A stretch of DNA of 64,000 bases from Nitrosopumilaceae archaeon (GTDB lineage Archaea > Thermoproteota > Nitrososphaeria > Nitrososphaerales > Nitrosopumilaceae), in assembly GCA_965214835.1 (NCBI GenBank), contig CBDCCK010000002.1, forward strand, positions 2,080,001-2,144,000, given 5' to 3'. Position 1 is the first letter of the stretch; each line of letters opens with the position of its first letter. This document shows positions 22,851 through 33,246 of the stretch, in pieces. The notes under the pieces were generated by a model that did not search any database, was not told the origin of the DNA, and worked only from the letters and a program-made list of their open reading frames with translations. Made by a program: the position numbers and the translations under genes.

Positions 22851-23905
22851 TACATGGAGGCTTTACTTCCCTTTACATCACATCAGATCTTATTGACGAT
22901 GTTGGCACACAGATCAGCATCTACAATTCTAGAAATGATTCTGTAGAACACGTATTGCATGAGGTTCATGAAATAATCGAAGAGGTAGAAGCTGAAATGG
23001 CCGCAATGCGCGCTGTAGGTGGTGAAATGCCTGTCAAAGAATTGCCTCCAAACACCGTTGACATGCCAGTAGGCTCTGGCATTCCGGGATGTGAGGAAAA
23101 TGACATGTGCTATACGCCAACACATCTTACTGTTCACGTAGGGGATACTGTGACCTGGATTAACTCCGACGGTTCAATTCCTCACACCGTAACAGCAGGC
23201 TGGCCTGATTCAGACTCGATCGGTACTGACTATCCAGGCGGACATGGATTCGACAGTGACTTCATGTCAGGCGGCGCAACATTCGAACACACGTTCGAAG
23301 AGCCGGGAGAGTATGATTACTTTTGCCTGTTGCATCCATGGATGATCGGCAGCGTCACTGTAGAATAGGAGCCCTTCTTTTCTTTTTATTTTTACGAACC
23401 GCAGCAAGAACCAACTGAACGAACTGGCTTTACATGCCCGCCCATTTTTTCGCCGTTTACTGACTTGATAAGAACTGTTTTAGATTTTGAAACCTCCGTG
23501 ATGAATCCACACATTAAACTGGAACAAAATTACGCTGTTTTATGACCAGAGTGGAAATGCGGTAAGGGTCGGTGGCCACATACTGGATTTGTCTACACGT
23601 GCCTAATCCTTGTTCCCAGGACTCGTTATAACAGTCGGGGGTTTTTTTTGACAATCTGTCGAATAATTTCATGGATTGTGTCCGTCTTGCCGGCATTTGG
23701 ATCGGGTTGGCATGCATTATGTGCCCATTTGATCAAAATTTGCTAATTTCGAATCAACTCTCTGTAGTACGATCTTATGCCGTCTCTCATACGTCAACAG
23801 GCGCGTCCATCGTTAATTAACAGTATGAAAAGTCAATCAAAAAGGGGTCGTTTGTCTATATAATTTGAATACCCCCCTTATGATCATATCTTAGGACACT
23901 GATTC

Positions 23906-24112
23906 ATGTTTGAATCCAGCGTCTTTTTCACAAAGATGGTAGACGAGCTAGTAGAGTTCTCCGAGTACGACCCGGAGCTGGCCAGCGGCATAAGGTGGCT
24001 AGATGATCAGGCGCAGAAAAAGGGCGTCACGCTATATGACGTGGTCTTTGAGGTGCTCTACAGGCATGACGTGAACTCAAAGGCAAAAGAATGGATGCGT
24101 TCTAGAAACTAG
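23906..24112 (+). CDS. small hypothetical protein
   Basis: 68-aa ORF with a TATA-like sequence upstream. Confidence 0.75.
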   Translation: MFESSVFFTKMVDELVEFSEYDPELASGIRWLDDQAQKKGVTLYDVVFEVLYRHDVNSKAKEWMRSRN

Positions 24113-25290
24113 GGGATTTCTTTTCTCAAGTCCAGCGGCTTGTACTCGCAGCCCTCCGGACCGCAGTACTTTCCGACATATACTGCCTTTGGCCTGTACA
24201 GTGCCGGCTTTGGCGCAGCCTCTGCAAACTTTTCCTCTATGATGTGCGCCGCCCATCCTGCAACCCTAGATATTGCAAAGATTGGAGTGTTAAGATCCAT
24301 CGGTATGTCCAGCATGTAGTATATTGACGCGCTGTAAAGGTCCACGTTGGGATAGATGTCCATGCCCTTTTGTGACTTTATCTCCGCAATCGTTGCGGTC
24401 TCCACCCTCTCTGTCATCTCAAACCAGGCCTGGCCCGTCTTTTTTGCAAGCTTGGCTGACAGCTTCTTTAATACGGATGCCCTGGGATCGTATGTCTTGT
24501 AGACTGCGTGACCCATGCCCATGATCCTCTGGCCCTGCCCCATCCTCTGCCTTATCCAGGGAACCACGTTCTCGACCGTCTTGATGTCTAGCAGCATCTT
24601 CATCACCTCATAGTTTGCGCCGCCGTGCAGCTCCCCGCTCAGCGCCCCGATTGCGGCGCTGACTGCCGAGTACATGTGCGCCCTGGTGGAGGCAACCTGC
24701 CTTGCGGCAAACGTCGATGCGTTAAACGTGTGATCCGCGTGCAGGATCAGGCAGGTATCAAAGATCCTGGCAGTCTCCACGTCGGGGGTCTCCCCAGTCA
24801 GCATGTTGAGAAAGTTTGCGGCATGGTTGAGCCCCGGATCCGGATCCACGATCTCCTGCCCGTTTCTGATCCTCTGCCAGCTGGCAACTATCGTGGGAAC
24901 CTTTGCTATCAGGTTGATTGCTCTGTCGTAGCTTGACTCTTTGTTGTAAAACTCCTCGTCATAGTATCCTGCAAGAGCTGCGACGAATGCCTGCAGCATG
25001 TCCATGGGATCTGCGTCCCTTCGCCAGTTGCCCATGTTGGTCTGCATCTGCTTTGGAATCCACCTGGCCTCGTTGAGCTTTTTTGTAAAGTCTGCCAGCT
25101 GGTTTTTTGTCGGCAGCTCGTCGTGCAGCAGCAAAAACGCAGTCTCCTCAAAGGTCGAGTTCCTGACAAGATCAAAGATGTCGTATCCCCTGTAGATGAG
25201 CTTTCCCTCCTCACCGTTGATGTTGGACACGCGCGTGTCGGCCACCGGTATTCCACGAAGGCCTATGTTTTTTGTCTCCATGACCGACAT
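24109..25290 (-). CDS. gltA: citrate synthase
   Basis: HADHTFNAST, LHGGAN, GMGHAVY, PNVD. Confidence 0.96.
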   Translation of the reverse strand: MSVMETKNIGLRGIPVADTRVSNINGEEGKLIYRGYDIFDLVRNSTFEETAFLLLHDELPTKNQLADFTKKLNEARWIPKQMQTNMGNWRRDADPMDMLQAFVAALAGYYDEEFYNKESSYDRAINLIAKVPTIVASWQRIRNGQEIVDPDPGLNHAANFLNMLTGETPDVETARIFDTCLILHADHTFNASTFAARQVASTRAHMYSAVSAAIGALSGELHGGANYEVMKMLLDIKTVENVVPWIRQRMGQGQRIMGMGHAVYKTYDPRASVLKKLSAKLAKKTGQAWFEMTERVETATIAEIKSQKGMDIYPNVDLYSASIYYMLDIPMDLNTPIFAISRVAGWAAHIIEEKFAEAAPKPALYRPKAVYVGKYCGPEGCEYKPLDLRKEIP

Positions 25291-25337
25291 GTGCCGAAAT
25301 TACTATTAATTTCTTGCATTGTTTTGGCGTGTGTAGC

Positions 25338-25464
25338 GGGGTTGTTTCCTAACTTCACCTGCCTGACTCAATCTGCATGTTTTTCTGAATTTTCGCCCTT
25401 TTACACGACTGATCCATGTGACATCACAGCGGTTTTCGGGAATTCTGGCGAATTGTGAAACAAC
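25338..25464. mobile_element. MITE family B, degenerate copy
   Basis: Colinear similarity to 3689-3818. Confidence 0.85.
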
Positions 25465-25740
25465 GTAACAGGTCGGGCTCTGGGAGTTCAGGCGTGGATT
25501 TTACCACCTCGGGAGGCCTCCTGAGTATATTCGTACCTGAAATCAGGAACAACTTCCAGAATCCGAGCTGTTACGAAACAACCCTGTGTGCAGCAGCTCG
25601 GGATCTGGAAGCTCAGGCGTGGATTTTACCACCTCGCAGGCCTCCCAGACAACACCTCTGGCCAGCAGGAAGGTTTGGAAAAACCATGGCACAAAGATCA
25701 CGGTACCATTTTTTATTTGGAGGCATAGTGACGAATAAGG

Positions 25741-25790
25741 CTGTTCAAACACGCGATAAAAACACCCCTGCCGTAATCATGGTGATCGAG
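25741..25790 (+). mobile_element. IS110-family left-end fragment
   Basis: CTGTTCAAACACGCGATAAAAACACCCCTGCCGTA resembles the left ends at 48803 and 59573. Confidence 0.6.
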
Positions 25791-25869
25791 GCCCTGACCG
25801 GCAGTATCGCTTAGGGGGTAAACCCATACCCTAAAGGTGGGTGAAGGCCTACTGCCTTTGAGGAGGGGC

Positions 25870-26145
25870 TGCTCAACTGCGGAATCGAGCTGATAAACTC
25901 CAGGCCGTATCACCCGCAGACCAACGAAGCTGGAGCGCTTCCACCGGAGCATTGAGGGGGAGATATGGAACCGCGAGGGCCTGCCTGCATGTATCGGCTA
26001 CTATAACGAGGACAGGCTGCACTGGTCGCTGGATATCGACAACCATGAGACGCTACTGCGGGCATTCTGTGACAAAAAAACCACAGGTGCGATCAGGAAA
26101 AGCGACCCAAAATGGATGGAGGATGCCGGCGATGGTACGACATAA
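25870..26145 (+). mobile_element. IS481-family transposase remnant
   Basis: RPYHPQT..KLERFH...YYNEDRLHWSLD. Confidence 0.75.
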
Positions 26146-26219
26146 TTTGGTGAGGACCCCATAAAATTCGAACCACCCAAATGCGTAGAATTTGTATGTG
26201 ACAGGAGGGCATACGGGGC

Positions 26220-26507
26220 ATGAAAAAACAAAAGTTCACATTGGCCGAAAAAACAGACATAGTGATGGAGTCCATCAAGACCAGCATCAGCACTGCCGAG
26301 CTGTGCCGCAAGCACAACATCGCGCCCACCACGTTTGGCAGGTGGATGGACAGGTTCGTCGAGGGCGGCAAGGCATCCATCCTGGGCCGGAATGACAAGG
26401 CAGCGGCTGCCCTGCAAAAGGAGAACCAGAATCTCAAACGCATCATAGGCGAGTATGCAGTGGCCTGTGACGCTTTAAAAAAAACAATGGAGCTGAGCAA
26501 AGGATGA
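26220..26507 (+). CDS. IS3 OrfA
   Basis: HTH (AELCRKHNI...W) and leucine zipper. Confidence 0.9.
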   Translation: MKKQKFTLAEKTDIVMESIKTSISTAELCRKHNIAPTTFGRWMDRFVEGGKASILGRNDKAAAALQKENQNLKRIIGEYAVACDALKKTMELSKG

Positions 26508-27340
26508 ATGCCGTACAGATCTGCCACCAGAAGATGAGCCTCAATACAGCCCTGGAATACTGCGGCGTCTCAAAGGGCACCTGGTATTACGCCAGGAAGG
26601 ACGCCGACAGACGAGCCAGAAAAGCCGACCCCGGGACGGTCTCAATCATACGTACCATAGGCAAGAAAAGGCCGACGTACGGAACCCGGAGGATGGCAAA
26701 CCAGATATTGCGCGAGACTGGCGTGCGCGTAAACCGCAAAAAGATACAGCGAATCTACCGCCAGATAGGCTGGATCGAGCCCAAAAAGACCAAAAACGAC
26801 ATAATACGGGCCTCGCGCAAGCTTACAAGGCCAGATGCCCCCAACCGGCTGTGGCAGGCAGACATCACATACGTGGACTGCGGCGGGGACGGCTGGTGCT
26901 ACTGTTTCAACGTACTTGATGCCTTTTCGCGCAGGTGGCTTGCATACTCCTTTGATACCACGGCGCAAAAGGAGAATGCGGTTCAGGCCGTACTCGATGC
27001 GGTATCGGCAGCAGATCCGGACTGCAGCATGCTGACCCTGCGGACAGACAACGGTTCTCAGTATACGTCGCGCATGTTCAGGGAGTCCCTGAAACAGCTG
27101 GGAATAAGACACGAGCTCATAGCATACAGGACGCCAGAACAAAACGGCCACATAGAGTCGTTTCACGGAAGCATCAAGAGGGAATACCTGTGGCCCCATG
27201 AATTTGACTCCTTCCAGGACGCCTCAGACGTCATAAGGGAGGCATTTAGGGACTATAACCATGACAGAATACACTCCTCACTTGGATATCTCACTCCGAT
27301 GGAGTTCGTCGTACGGCACCAAAGGGAGGCAGGCAAATGA
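26504..27340 (+). CDS. IS3 OrfB DDE transposase
   Basis: WQADIT, TDNGSQY, NGHIESFH, YN..RIHSSL. Confidence 0.92.
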   Translation: MNAVQICHQKMSLNTALEYCGVSKGTWYYARKDADRRARKADPGTVSIIRTIGKKRPTYGTRRMANQILRETGVRVNRKKIQRIYRQIGWIEPKKTKNDIIRASRKLTRPDAPNRLWQADITYVDCGGDGWCYCFNVLDAFSRRWLAYSFDTTAQKENAVQAVLDAVSAADPDCSMLTLRTDNGSQYTSRMFRESLKQLGIRHELIAYRTPEQNGHIESFHGSIKREYLWPHEFDSFQDASDVIREAFRDYNHDRIHSSLGYLTPMEFVVRHQREAGK

Positions 27341-27462
27341 TGATGCCAGAGCTACGCAAAAACGCCCAAAAAGTGGTTCGAAAATACGGGGTCCAGATCA
27401 AATTTTCATATAATACACAACACCGGGCGCGGCTCAATGCTATTAAATGAGCTAGGGTTTTC

Positions 27463-28104
27463 ATGGTTGTGGATTTCTCCGATATCTTCCCCTTTGCGCC
27501 CGAGGTCGGCTATCTGGGGCTGGGCCTGGTCAGCTTTTTTGGCTCCCTGATTCCGTTTGTGCCGATCCCGAGCTTTATCCTGCTGGCAACCATGGCCGTA
27601 GGCGATCAGTACAACCTGCACATCTTGGTGTTCCTGTCTGCAGCGCTTTCTGCAGGCGCCAAGCAGATTATTTTCTACCTGAGCTACGGGGGACGGAGGA
27701 TCATCTCTGAAAAGTCAAAGATGCGGATGAGGCCGTTTCAAAAGCTGGTCCGACGGTATGGTGCCGCTGCCGCGTTTGCCGCAGCTGCCACCCCGATTCC
27801 AGATGATCTGGTCTATGTCCCGCTGGGCCTGGCAAAGTACAACCCGAAGAGGTTCTTTGTTGCCACGCTTACCGGCAAGGTCGTCCTGCACTATGTCATA
27901 GTCCTGATCTCCCACTTTTTGGGACTCTCCCTTGTCGAGCCGTTTCTGGAGGGTGTCGAGGACGCAGGCACCGTCCATGCCGGGGTAGTCGTATTTGGCA
28001 TAATAATGACCGCATTTGTCGTCCTGCTCCTGAGGCTTGACTGGCACAGGCTGCTGGGAAGGTTTGCCCCCTGGACGCTTGATGACTCTGACGAGAAGGA
28101 CTAG
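27463..28104 (+). CDS. VTT/DedA-family membrane protein
   Basis: Multiple TM helices; ATPIPDD..Y.PLG. Confidence 0.85.
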   Translation: MVVDFSDIFPFAPEVGYLGLGLVSFFGSLIPFVPIPSFILLATMAVGDQYNLHILVFLSAALSAGAKQIIFYLSYGGRRIISEKSKMRMRPFQKLVRRYGAAAAFAAAATPIPDDLVYVPLGLAKYNPKRFFVATLTGKVVLHYVIVLISHFLGLSLVEPFLEGVEDAGTVHAGVVVFGIIMTAFVVLLLRLDWHRLLGRFAPWTLDDSDEKD

Positions 28105-28661
28105 ATGCTTATTTTGTAGTTCCATTTCTTGTCGGCTGCCTTGCTGATCCCGATCCTTGCCGAGGCTCGGATCCTTATTTTTTCGCCCATCCCCTCTGCA
28201 ATGAACAGCTCCCCCCTTTTGGAAAGATCCGCCCCATAAAGCCTCCCGTCGATCCCCATGGCCTGCGTCAGCTTTGCAGGACCGTCTGCCAGCTCCTCAA
28301 ACCTTTTATTCTTCCTGTTTTTTGCCATCATGTCGACTCCCCTGTCCGGCCTGACTGCCCGGATCAGAACCGCCCCGGCCTTGACATGCTGGCTTTTGGC
28401 AACCGCATTTACGCAATAGTACATCCCGTATGTAAAGTATATGTACGCCATTCCGACCTCACCGAACATCGCCCTGTTCCTCTCCGTCATCCCCGCGTAG
28501 GCGTGGCTTGCAGGATCCCCGCGGTGCTTGTAGGCCTCCGTCTCTATAATCGTGCCTGAGATTGTCGTCCCTCCAATCCTTCTGACCAGCCTTTTGCCCA
28601 GCAGCTCCCTTGCGACAACCGAGGTGTCCCTCGAATAAAACTCCCTAGGAAGCAATTTCAT
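28101..28661 (-). CDS. 3-methyladenine DNA glycosylase (AAG/MPG)
   Basis: IIETEAY, DPASH, YGM, AVLIRA, GPAKL, RIGI. Confidence 0.93.
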   Translation of the reverse strand: MKLLPREFYSRDTSVVARELLGKRLVRRIGGTTISGTIIETEAYKHRGDPASHAYAGMTERNRAMFGEVGMAYIYFTYGMYYCVNAVAKSQHVKAGAVLIRAVRPDRGVDMMAKNRKNKRFEELADGPAKLTQAMGIDGRLYGADLSKRGELFIAEGMGEKIRIRASARIGISKAADKKWNYKISI

Positions 28662-29235
28662 AGTCAATCTTGATCTTCTCACCACTCTTGATTTTTTGCG
28701 TCGTTTTTACCAGCTTCATGATATCTTCCTCCAGCGTTGGGACGAGCCTTTGATTGTATATTGCAGCTGCCGGATGCAGGCTGATAAAGTACAGGTTGCC
28801 TCCCTTGGAGAATATCCTGCCCCTGTATTTCATGATGTTCGAGCCGCCTAGCAGCGAGCCAAACGCCGTATTTCCCATCACGCAGATGATCCGGGGCCTG
28901 ATGATCCTGATCTCGTCTTTGAGATGGCCGCTGCAGGCAGTCCTCTCATCCTGCAGCGGAACCCTGTTGCCGGGCGGCCTGCACTTTACCACGTTTGTAA
29001 TGTATACCTCCTCCCTGGTGATTCCGGCCTTTTCCAGGGCAGATGACAGCCTTTTTCCAGCCGCCCCCACGAACGGTTTCCCGTCCCTGTCCTCGCCCCT
29101 TCCCGGCGCCTCTCCGACAAAGACTATCTCCGCGTTAGCACTCCCCTTTCCAGGAACCGGATTTGTGCGCGTCCTGCATAGCCTGCAGCTCCTGCATTCA
29201 ATCACGCTGTCCCTGACATCCCCGATTCTCATCAT
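28645..29235 (-). CDS. family 4 uracil-DNA glycosylase
   Basis: CxxC, GEAPG, NVVKCRPP.NR, HPAA. Confidence 0.94.
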   Translation of the reverse strand: MMRIGDVRDSVIECRSCRLCRTRTNPVPGKGSANAEIVFVGEAPGRGEDRDGKPFVGAAGKRLSSALEKAGITREEVYITNVVKCRPPGNRVPLQDERTACSGHLKDEIRIIRPRIICVMGNTAFGSLLGGSNIMKYRGRIFSKGGNLYFISLHPAAAIYNQRLVPTLEEDIMKLVKTTQKIKSGEKIKIDYEIAS

Positions 29236-30644
29236 TCCACGCTCTTTACCGTCGCAGTACCTCTCACGCTTGGACCCCCGTTTCCCATCATCATTGGCTG
29301 CATGGGGTCGCCCTTGCCGCAGTTTGTAATCGGCCTGACCGTAAAGTCCCTGCCGCAGGCATCAACTGATCTGAGGAATTCCGGGGCCGTCCCCATCACT
29401 ATGACGTCCCTTGCAAGATCCCTGACCTCCCCATTCTCAATTTTGTTTGCATACTGGCAGGAAATACTCCAGCTGTACCGATACATGTCAATTGACGGAA
29501 CCCTCATGCCTGATATCAGGTATCCTGACCTGACATCCCTTATCATCTCATCGGGATCAAAGTCGCCCCCGTCTATGCACGTGCAGGCCATCCTGATCAG
29601 TGGCATGTGGCAGTATGAGGCCGCCCTCATGTTTGCGGTGGGCCGCACGTCAAAGCATTCTGCAGTCTCCCTACTTTGAAGGTGGTTTTTGAGGATCCCG
29701 TCCTTTACCAAGTCCGTCCTTGATGACTTTACCCCCTCATCGTCAAACTCATACCATCCCAATGATCCGCGTATGGTTGGATCGTCAAACACCGTAAGGT
29801 GCTCTGAGCCTACCCGTTCCCCGCTTTTTCCTGCCCACCACGAGCCTCCAGCCCAGGCCATCTCCCTTCCCATGACCCTGTCTGCCTCGGAGGGGTGTCC
29901 GAGGATCTCATGCGCTAGCAGGCCAACAAAGTCCGGGTTTAGCACCACAGTCGTTTTCTCCTCCCCTGCAGGCCTTGCACAGACCAGCTCTGATGCCTTG
30001 AGTGCACTGTCCCTTGACCTTGCGACCAGATCATTGCGCCCAACTATCTGCTCTAGCCCGCCCCTGCCCCCCTCTGTGGTGTTGACTGACTGGGTGATTC
30101 CGCCGTCGTGGGCCGTAGCCGTGGTCTCTCCAACCGTATCCGTATAGTCCTGCTCGATGCGGCTGCCCTCGCTACTGCAAAAAATCTTTTTCGTTGTACC
30201 CCACGTGATGCTAGTAAGTGATTTTCTGACGTTGCTGACCTCTCTGATTACAGAGTCGCACTGAAGGCCGATCTCCACTGCCGCGTCCAGCTCCGGCGGC
30301 GTGCTTGCCGGATAGGCCACCGTCTTGACCGTACCGGGACTCTGCCTCAGCTTTACCTTGGTTTTTCTGTGCCCTGATGCGTGTTCTGCGTTTTTTACCG
30401 CCCCTGCAAGCGACCTTCTGACCCGTTCCCGACTCGCTGGGTGCGACAATGCCGCAAATGCCCATGCCCCGTTTTTGAGAACCCTGACCCCCATTCCGCT
30501 GTCAGATAGAGCGTGGTACGTGACCTCCCCGTTATCAACAGAGACCTTTCGTTTTTCTGTCTCCTCTGTCCTGACATCGCAGTACTCGCATCCCAGCTTT
30601 AGTGCAAGCCTTATCGCCGAGCCTGCAAGCGCCTGTAAGCTCAT
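29232..30644 (-). CDS. tldD: TldD/PmbA metalloprotease
   Basis: HEILGHPSEAD, DDPT, DDEG, CGKG. Confidence 0.9.
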   Translation of the reverse strand: MSLQALAGSAIRLALKLGCEYCDVRTEETEKRKVSVDNGEVTYHALSDSGMGVRVLKNGAWAFAALSHPASRERVRRSLAGAVKNAEHASGHRKTKVKLRQSPGTVKTVAYPASTPPELDAAVEIGLQCDSVIREVSNVRKSLTSITWGTTKKIFCSSEGSRIEQDYTDTVGETTATAHDGGITQSVNTTEGGRGGLEQIVGRNDLVARSRDSALKASELVCARPAGEEKTTVVLNPDFVGLLAHEILGHPSEADRVMGREMAWAGGSWWAGKSGERVGSEHLTVFDDPTIRGSLGWYEFDDEGVKSSRTDLVKDGILKNHLQSRETAECFDVRPTANMRAASYCHMPLIRMACTCIDGGDFDPDEMIRDVRSGYLISGMRVPSIDMYRYSWSISCQYANKIENGEVRDLARDVIVMGTAPEFLRSVDACGRDFTVRPITNCGKGDPMQPMMMGNGGPSVRGTATVKSVE

Positions 30645-30770
30645 AACCTGTCAACTGTAGCGGCGATTAAAAATCTTTGATCACCGGGGGCGCCTCCATA
30701 CGTGGCGTGCCCACACGTGCTGAAAGAGCTCCCGTCCGGGGCTGTGACAAGGCCTGCAAGTCTTTTGAGG

Positions 30771-30902
30771 CTATTCTGATGATCTCATTGCGGACATGGT
30801 ATAGTAATACTCGTCCTCAAAACCGTCGTCGTTTTTCCCGTGCATGCGGAGTGCGTTAAAGTATTCCATGCAGTCCTTGTAAAACTTGGCATTGCTGCTC
30901 AT
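30771..30902 (-). CDS. 43-aa hypothetical protein
   Basis: MSSNAKFYKDCMEYF...FEDEYYYTM; below the ORF-track length cutoff. Confidence 0.55.
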   Translation of the reverse strand: MSSNAKFYKDCMEYFNALRMHGKNDDGFEDEYYYTMSAMRSSE

Positions 30903-31428
30903 AGTCTGGATTGGAATGTGCGGATTTTTTTGTAATGGTGAGCTTAATTAGATTCCCCGGGTTGGCATGTTACACCACGGAGTCTGGATTCGTTCGTTCC
31001 TGCGGCTGAGCGCCTGCCATGGGAGGGGGGCCTGCTGAGCCTCCGTAGTACGCACATCAAGAATTGCAACATAATTTTGACATATCGTGTCTATTTCGAT
31101 AAGAAAATATCCCTTTCATCTGTGCGCACTACGCCTGTCTCCACCGATGAGCATGGCCCCGCCACGGATGATGCAGGAGGTAGTATCATTTCCCCGTTTT
31201 CGACTAGCTGCATGTTCGGGCCGGTTGCCGGGCAGATAGAGTGTTTTTCTAGCTCTGGCCTTGGCGCCGGAACCATCCGGATCACCGCAGGAGACGATCA
31301 AGGCATGGCTGGCGCCCGCATCCTAGATCCGCATCCTTGTCCGAGCCGCCGGGTTTTGCCGGTGCTGCGAGGATTGCCTGTGACGCCCGCATAGTTACGG
31401 TTATTAATAAACAATTTTGAGGCATTTT

Positions 31429-33246
31429 ATGACCTCCATTGTAATTGATACAAGCATCCTAGTCAACGGGGAGATAGTCCGGCTTGTCCAAAACGGCATG
31501 CTCGATGACTCTGAAATCATAATTCCGACTGCCGTCTTAGACGAGCTGCAGTCCCAGGCGTCCCAAAAAAAGGAGCAGGGATATGTAGGCCTCGGAGAGA
31601 TCAAGCAGCTTAGAAAGCTGTCTGCAGGCTCCCATATCACGATAAAGTTCGAAGGCGAGCATCCCTCGCTAGATGACGTGATGCTGTCCGAAAGCGGGCG
31701 CATAGACGCCATAATCAAGGACGTGGCCAAATCCCACAACTCCACCCTCTTTACATCCGACCGTGCGCAGTCCATGGCTGCCGAAGCCGAGGGCATCCAG
31801 GTCCAGTATCACTCTCCTAGAACCCGCGGTGATAACCTTGAATTTCTAAAGTTTTTTGACGACAAGACCATGAGCGTGCATCTCAAGGAGGACCTTCCGC
31901 CAATGGCAAAGCGGGGACTCCCTGGAAATTTTGAACTGACAAAGGTTGATGACGAGCTGCTGACGCGTGACTATCTGCAGGAGATTACAAACGAGATTGT
32001 CGAGTCCGCAAAGTCAGTCGATTCCGGAAATACCGAGATCTCCAAGCCCGGAGCCATGGTAATTCAGCACGACGACTATAGGATTGCCATAACAAAACCC
32101 CCCTTCTCTGAAAAGTTCGAAATCACCATTGTGCACCCGATCGTACAGATGACCCTGGATGATTACTCGATCTCTGAAAAGCTGATGGAGCGCTTTGCCA
32201 ACAACGCCGAGGGGATAATCATCTCCGGCGCCCCGGGCTCGGGAAAGTCGACACTGGCATCGGGGCTTGCAAACTTTTACCACAAGCAGGAAAAAATCGT
32301 AAAGACGTTTGAATCCCCGAGGGATCTACAGGTGGATCCCGGAATCACGCAGTACACAAAGCTTGACGAAAGCTTTGAGAACTCCGCGGACATCCTGCTG
32401 CTGGTCCGGCCCGATTACACCATATTTGACGAGGTCCGAAGGCGCGAGGACTTTGAGGTCTACTCCGATCTGCGCCTGACCGGCGTCGGGATGGTCGGCG
32501 TGGTCCACGCAAACTCACCGATTGACGCAATACAGCGCTTTGTTGGAAAAATAGAGCTTGGCATGATCCCAAGCGTTCTTGACACGGTAGTCTTTGTAGA
32601 GAACGGCCAGATCATCAAGGTTTACGGCCTCGAGCTGAAGGTCAAGGTTCCTGCCGGAATGGCAGAGCAGGACCTTGCTAGGCCCGTCATTGAGATAACG
32701 AACTTTGAGGACGACAATCCCGAGTACGAGATCTATACGTTTGGCGAGGAAAACGTCATCATACCTGTTACAGAGAGAAAAACCAAGGCGGGAATCGAAA
32801 AGCTTGCCGAGGACAAGATCCGCGAGATTATGGGAAGGTACGACCAGCGCGCAGAAGTCGAGATACTATCAGAGTCAAGCGTTCGTGTCAAGGTATCCGA
32901 TCGAGCAATCCCGGGCATCATCGGCAGGGGGGGCTCCAACATCAGCGAGCTGGAAAAGAGGCTGGGCCTCCACATTGACGTGGTCGCCCGCGACGAGTCA
33001 GAGCCGGCATCCGATTCAGAGCTGCCGTTTGACTATTCCAAGTCAAAGTCGGCGGTGGTTTTCAGTGTTGACAGGAGCCACTCTGGCAAAAAGGCAGACG
33101 TGTTTGTAAGCGACAAGTACGTCACCTCAGTCCGTGTCAGCCGCAAGGGACAGATCAAAATACCCAAGCGCTCCCCAGATGCACGTAAAATTCTGAACTC
33201 GGCCGACTCTCAGGACGACATCCAGATACGCGTCAAAGATTCTTAA
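31429..33246 (+). CDS. PIN-ATPase-KH protein (PINA-like)
   Basis: PIN IDTS, GAPGSGKS, DEVR, KH IIGRGG. Confidence 0.93.
   Translation: MTSIVIDTSILVNGEIVRLVQNGMLDDSEIIIPTAVLDELQSQASQKKEQGYVGLGEIKQLRKLSAGSHITIKFEGEHPSLDDVMLSESGRIDAIIKDVAKSHNSTLFTSDRAQSMAAEAEGIQVQYHSPRTRGDNLEFLKFFDDKTMSVHLKEDLPPMAKRGLPGNFELTKVDDELLTRDYLQEITNEIVESAKSVDSGNTEISKPGAMVIQHDDYRIAITKPPFSEKFEITIVHPIVQMTLDDYSISEKLMERFANNAEGIIISGAPGSGKSTLASGLANFYHKQEKIVKTFESPRDLQVDPGITQYTKLDESFENSADILLLVRPDYTIFDEVRRREDFEVYSDLRLTGVGMVGVVHANSPIDAIQRFVGKIELGMIPSVLDTVVFVENGQIIKVYGLELKVKVPAGMAEQDLARPVIEITNFEDDNPEYEIYTFGEENVIIPVTERKTKAGIEKLAEDKIREIMGRYDQRAEVEILSESSVRVKVSDRAIPGIIGRGGSNISELEKRLGLHIDVVARDESEPASDSELPFDYSKSKSAVVFSVDRSHSGKKADVFVSDKYVTSVRVSRKGQIKIPKRSPDARKILNSADSQDDIQIRVKDS

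Larger units (their letters stand above)
20355..23368 (+). pseudogene. secreted repeat protein with C-terminal type-1 Cu cupredoxin, split by ISH3
   Basis: Signal peptide, four 79-aa repeats, HTVT...YFCLLHPWM; rejoins in frame across TSD TACAT. Confidence 0.88.
26148..27400 (+). mobile_element. IS3-family element
   Basis: TG...CA ends with TIR (GGACCCC.TA...TTCGAACCAC); TSD AATT. Confidence 0.92.

Noticed and set aside
23514-23717. Short minus-strand ORF
   Set aside because: Possibly a decayed small zinc protein, but support is insufficient
25475-25650. ~34-bp direct repeat pair, 125 bp apart
   Set aside because: Reads as EVVKSTPELP.P on the minus strand, probably a decayed protein repeat; too few copies and wrong spacing for CRISPR
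25800-25855. Hairpin resembling an IS200/IS605 right end
   Set aside because: No tnpB remnant adjacent; too short to call
30960-31400. GC-rich intergenic region, possible ncRNA or ORF 31077-31394
   Set aside because: No recognisable RNase P/SRP or protein motifs
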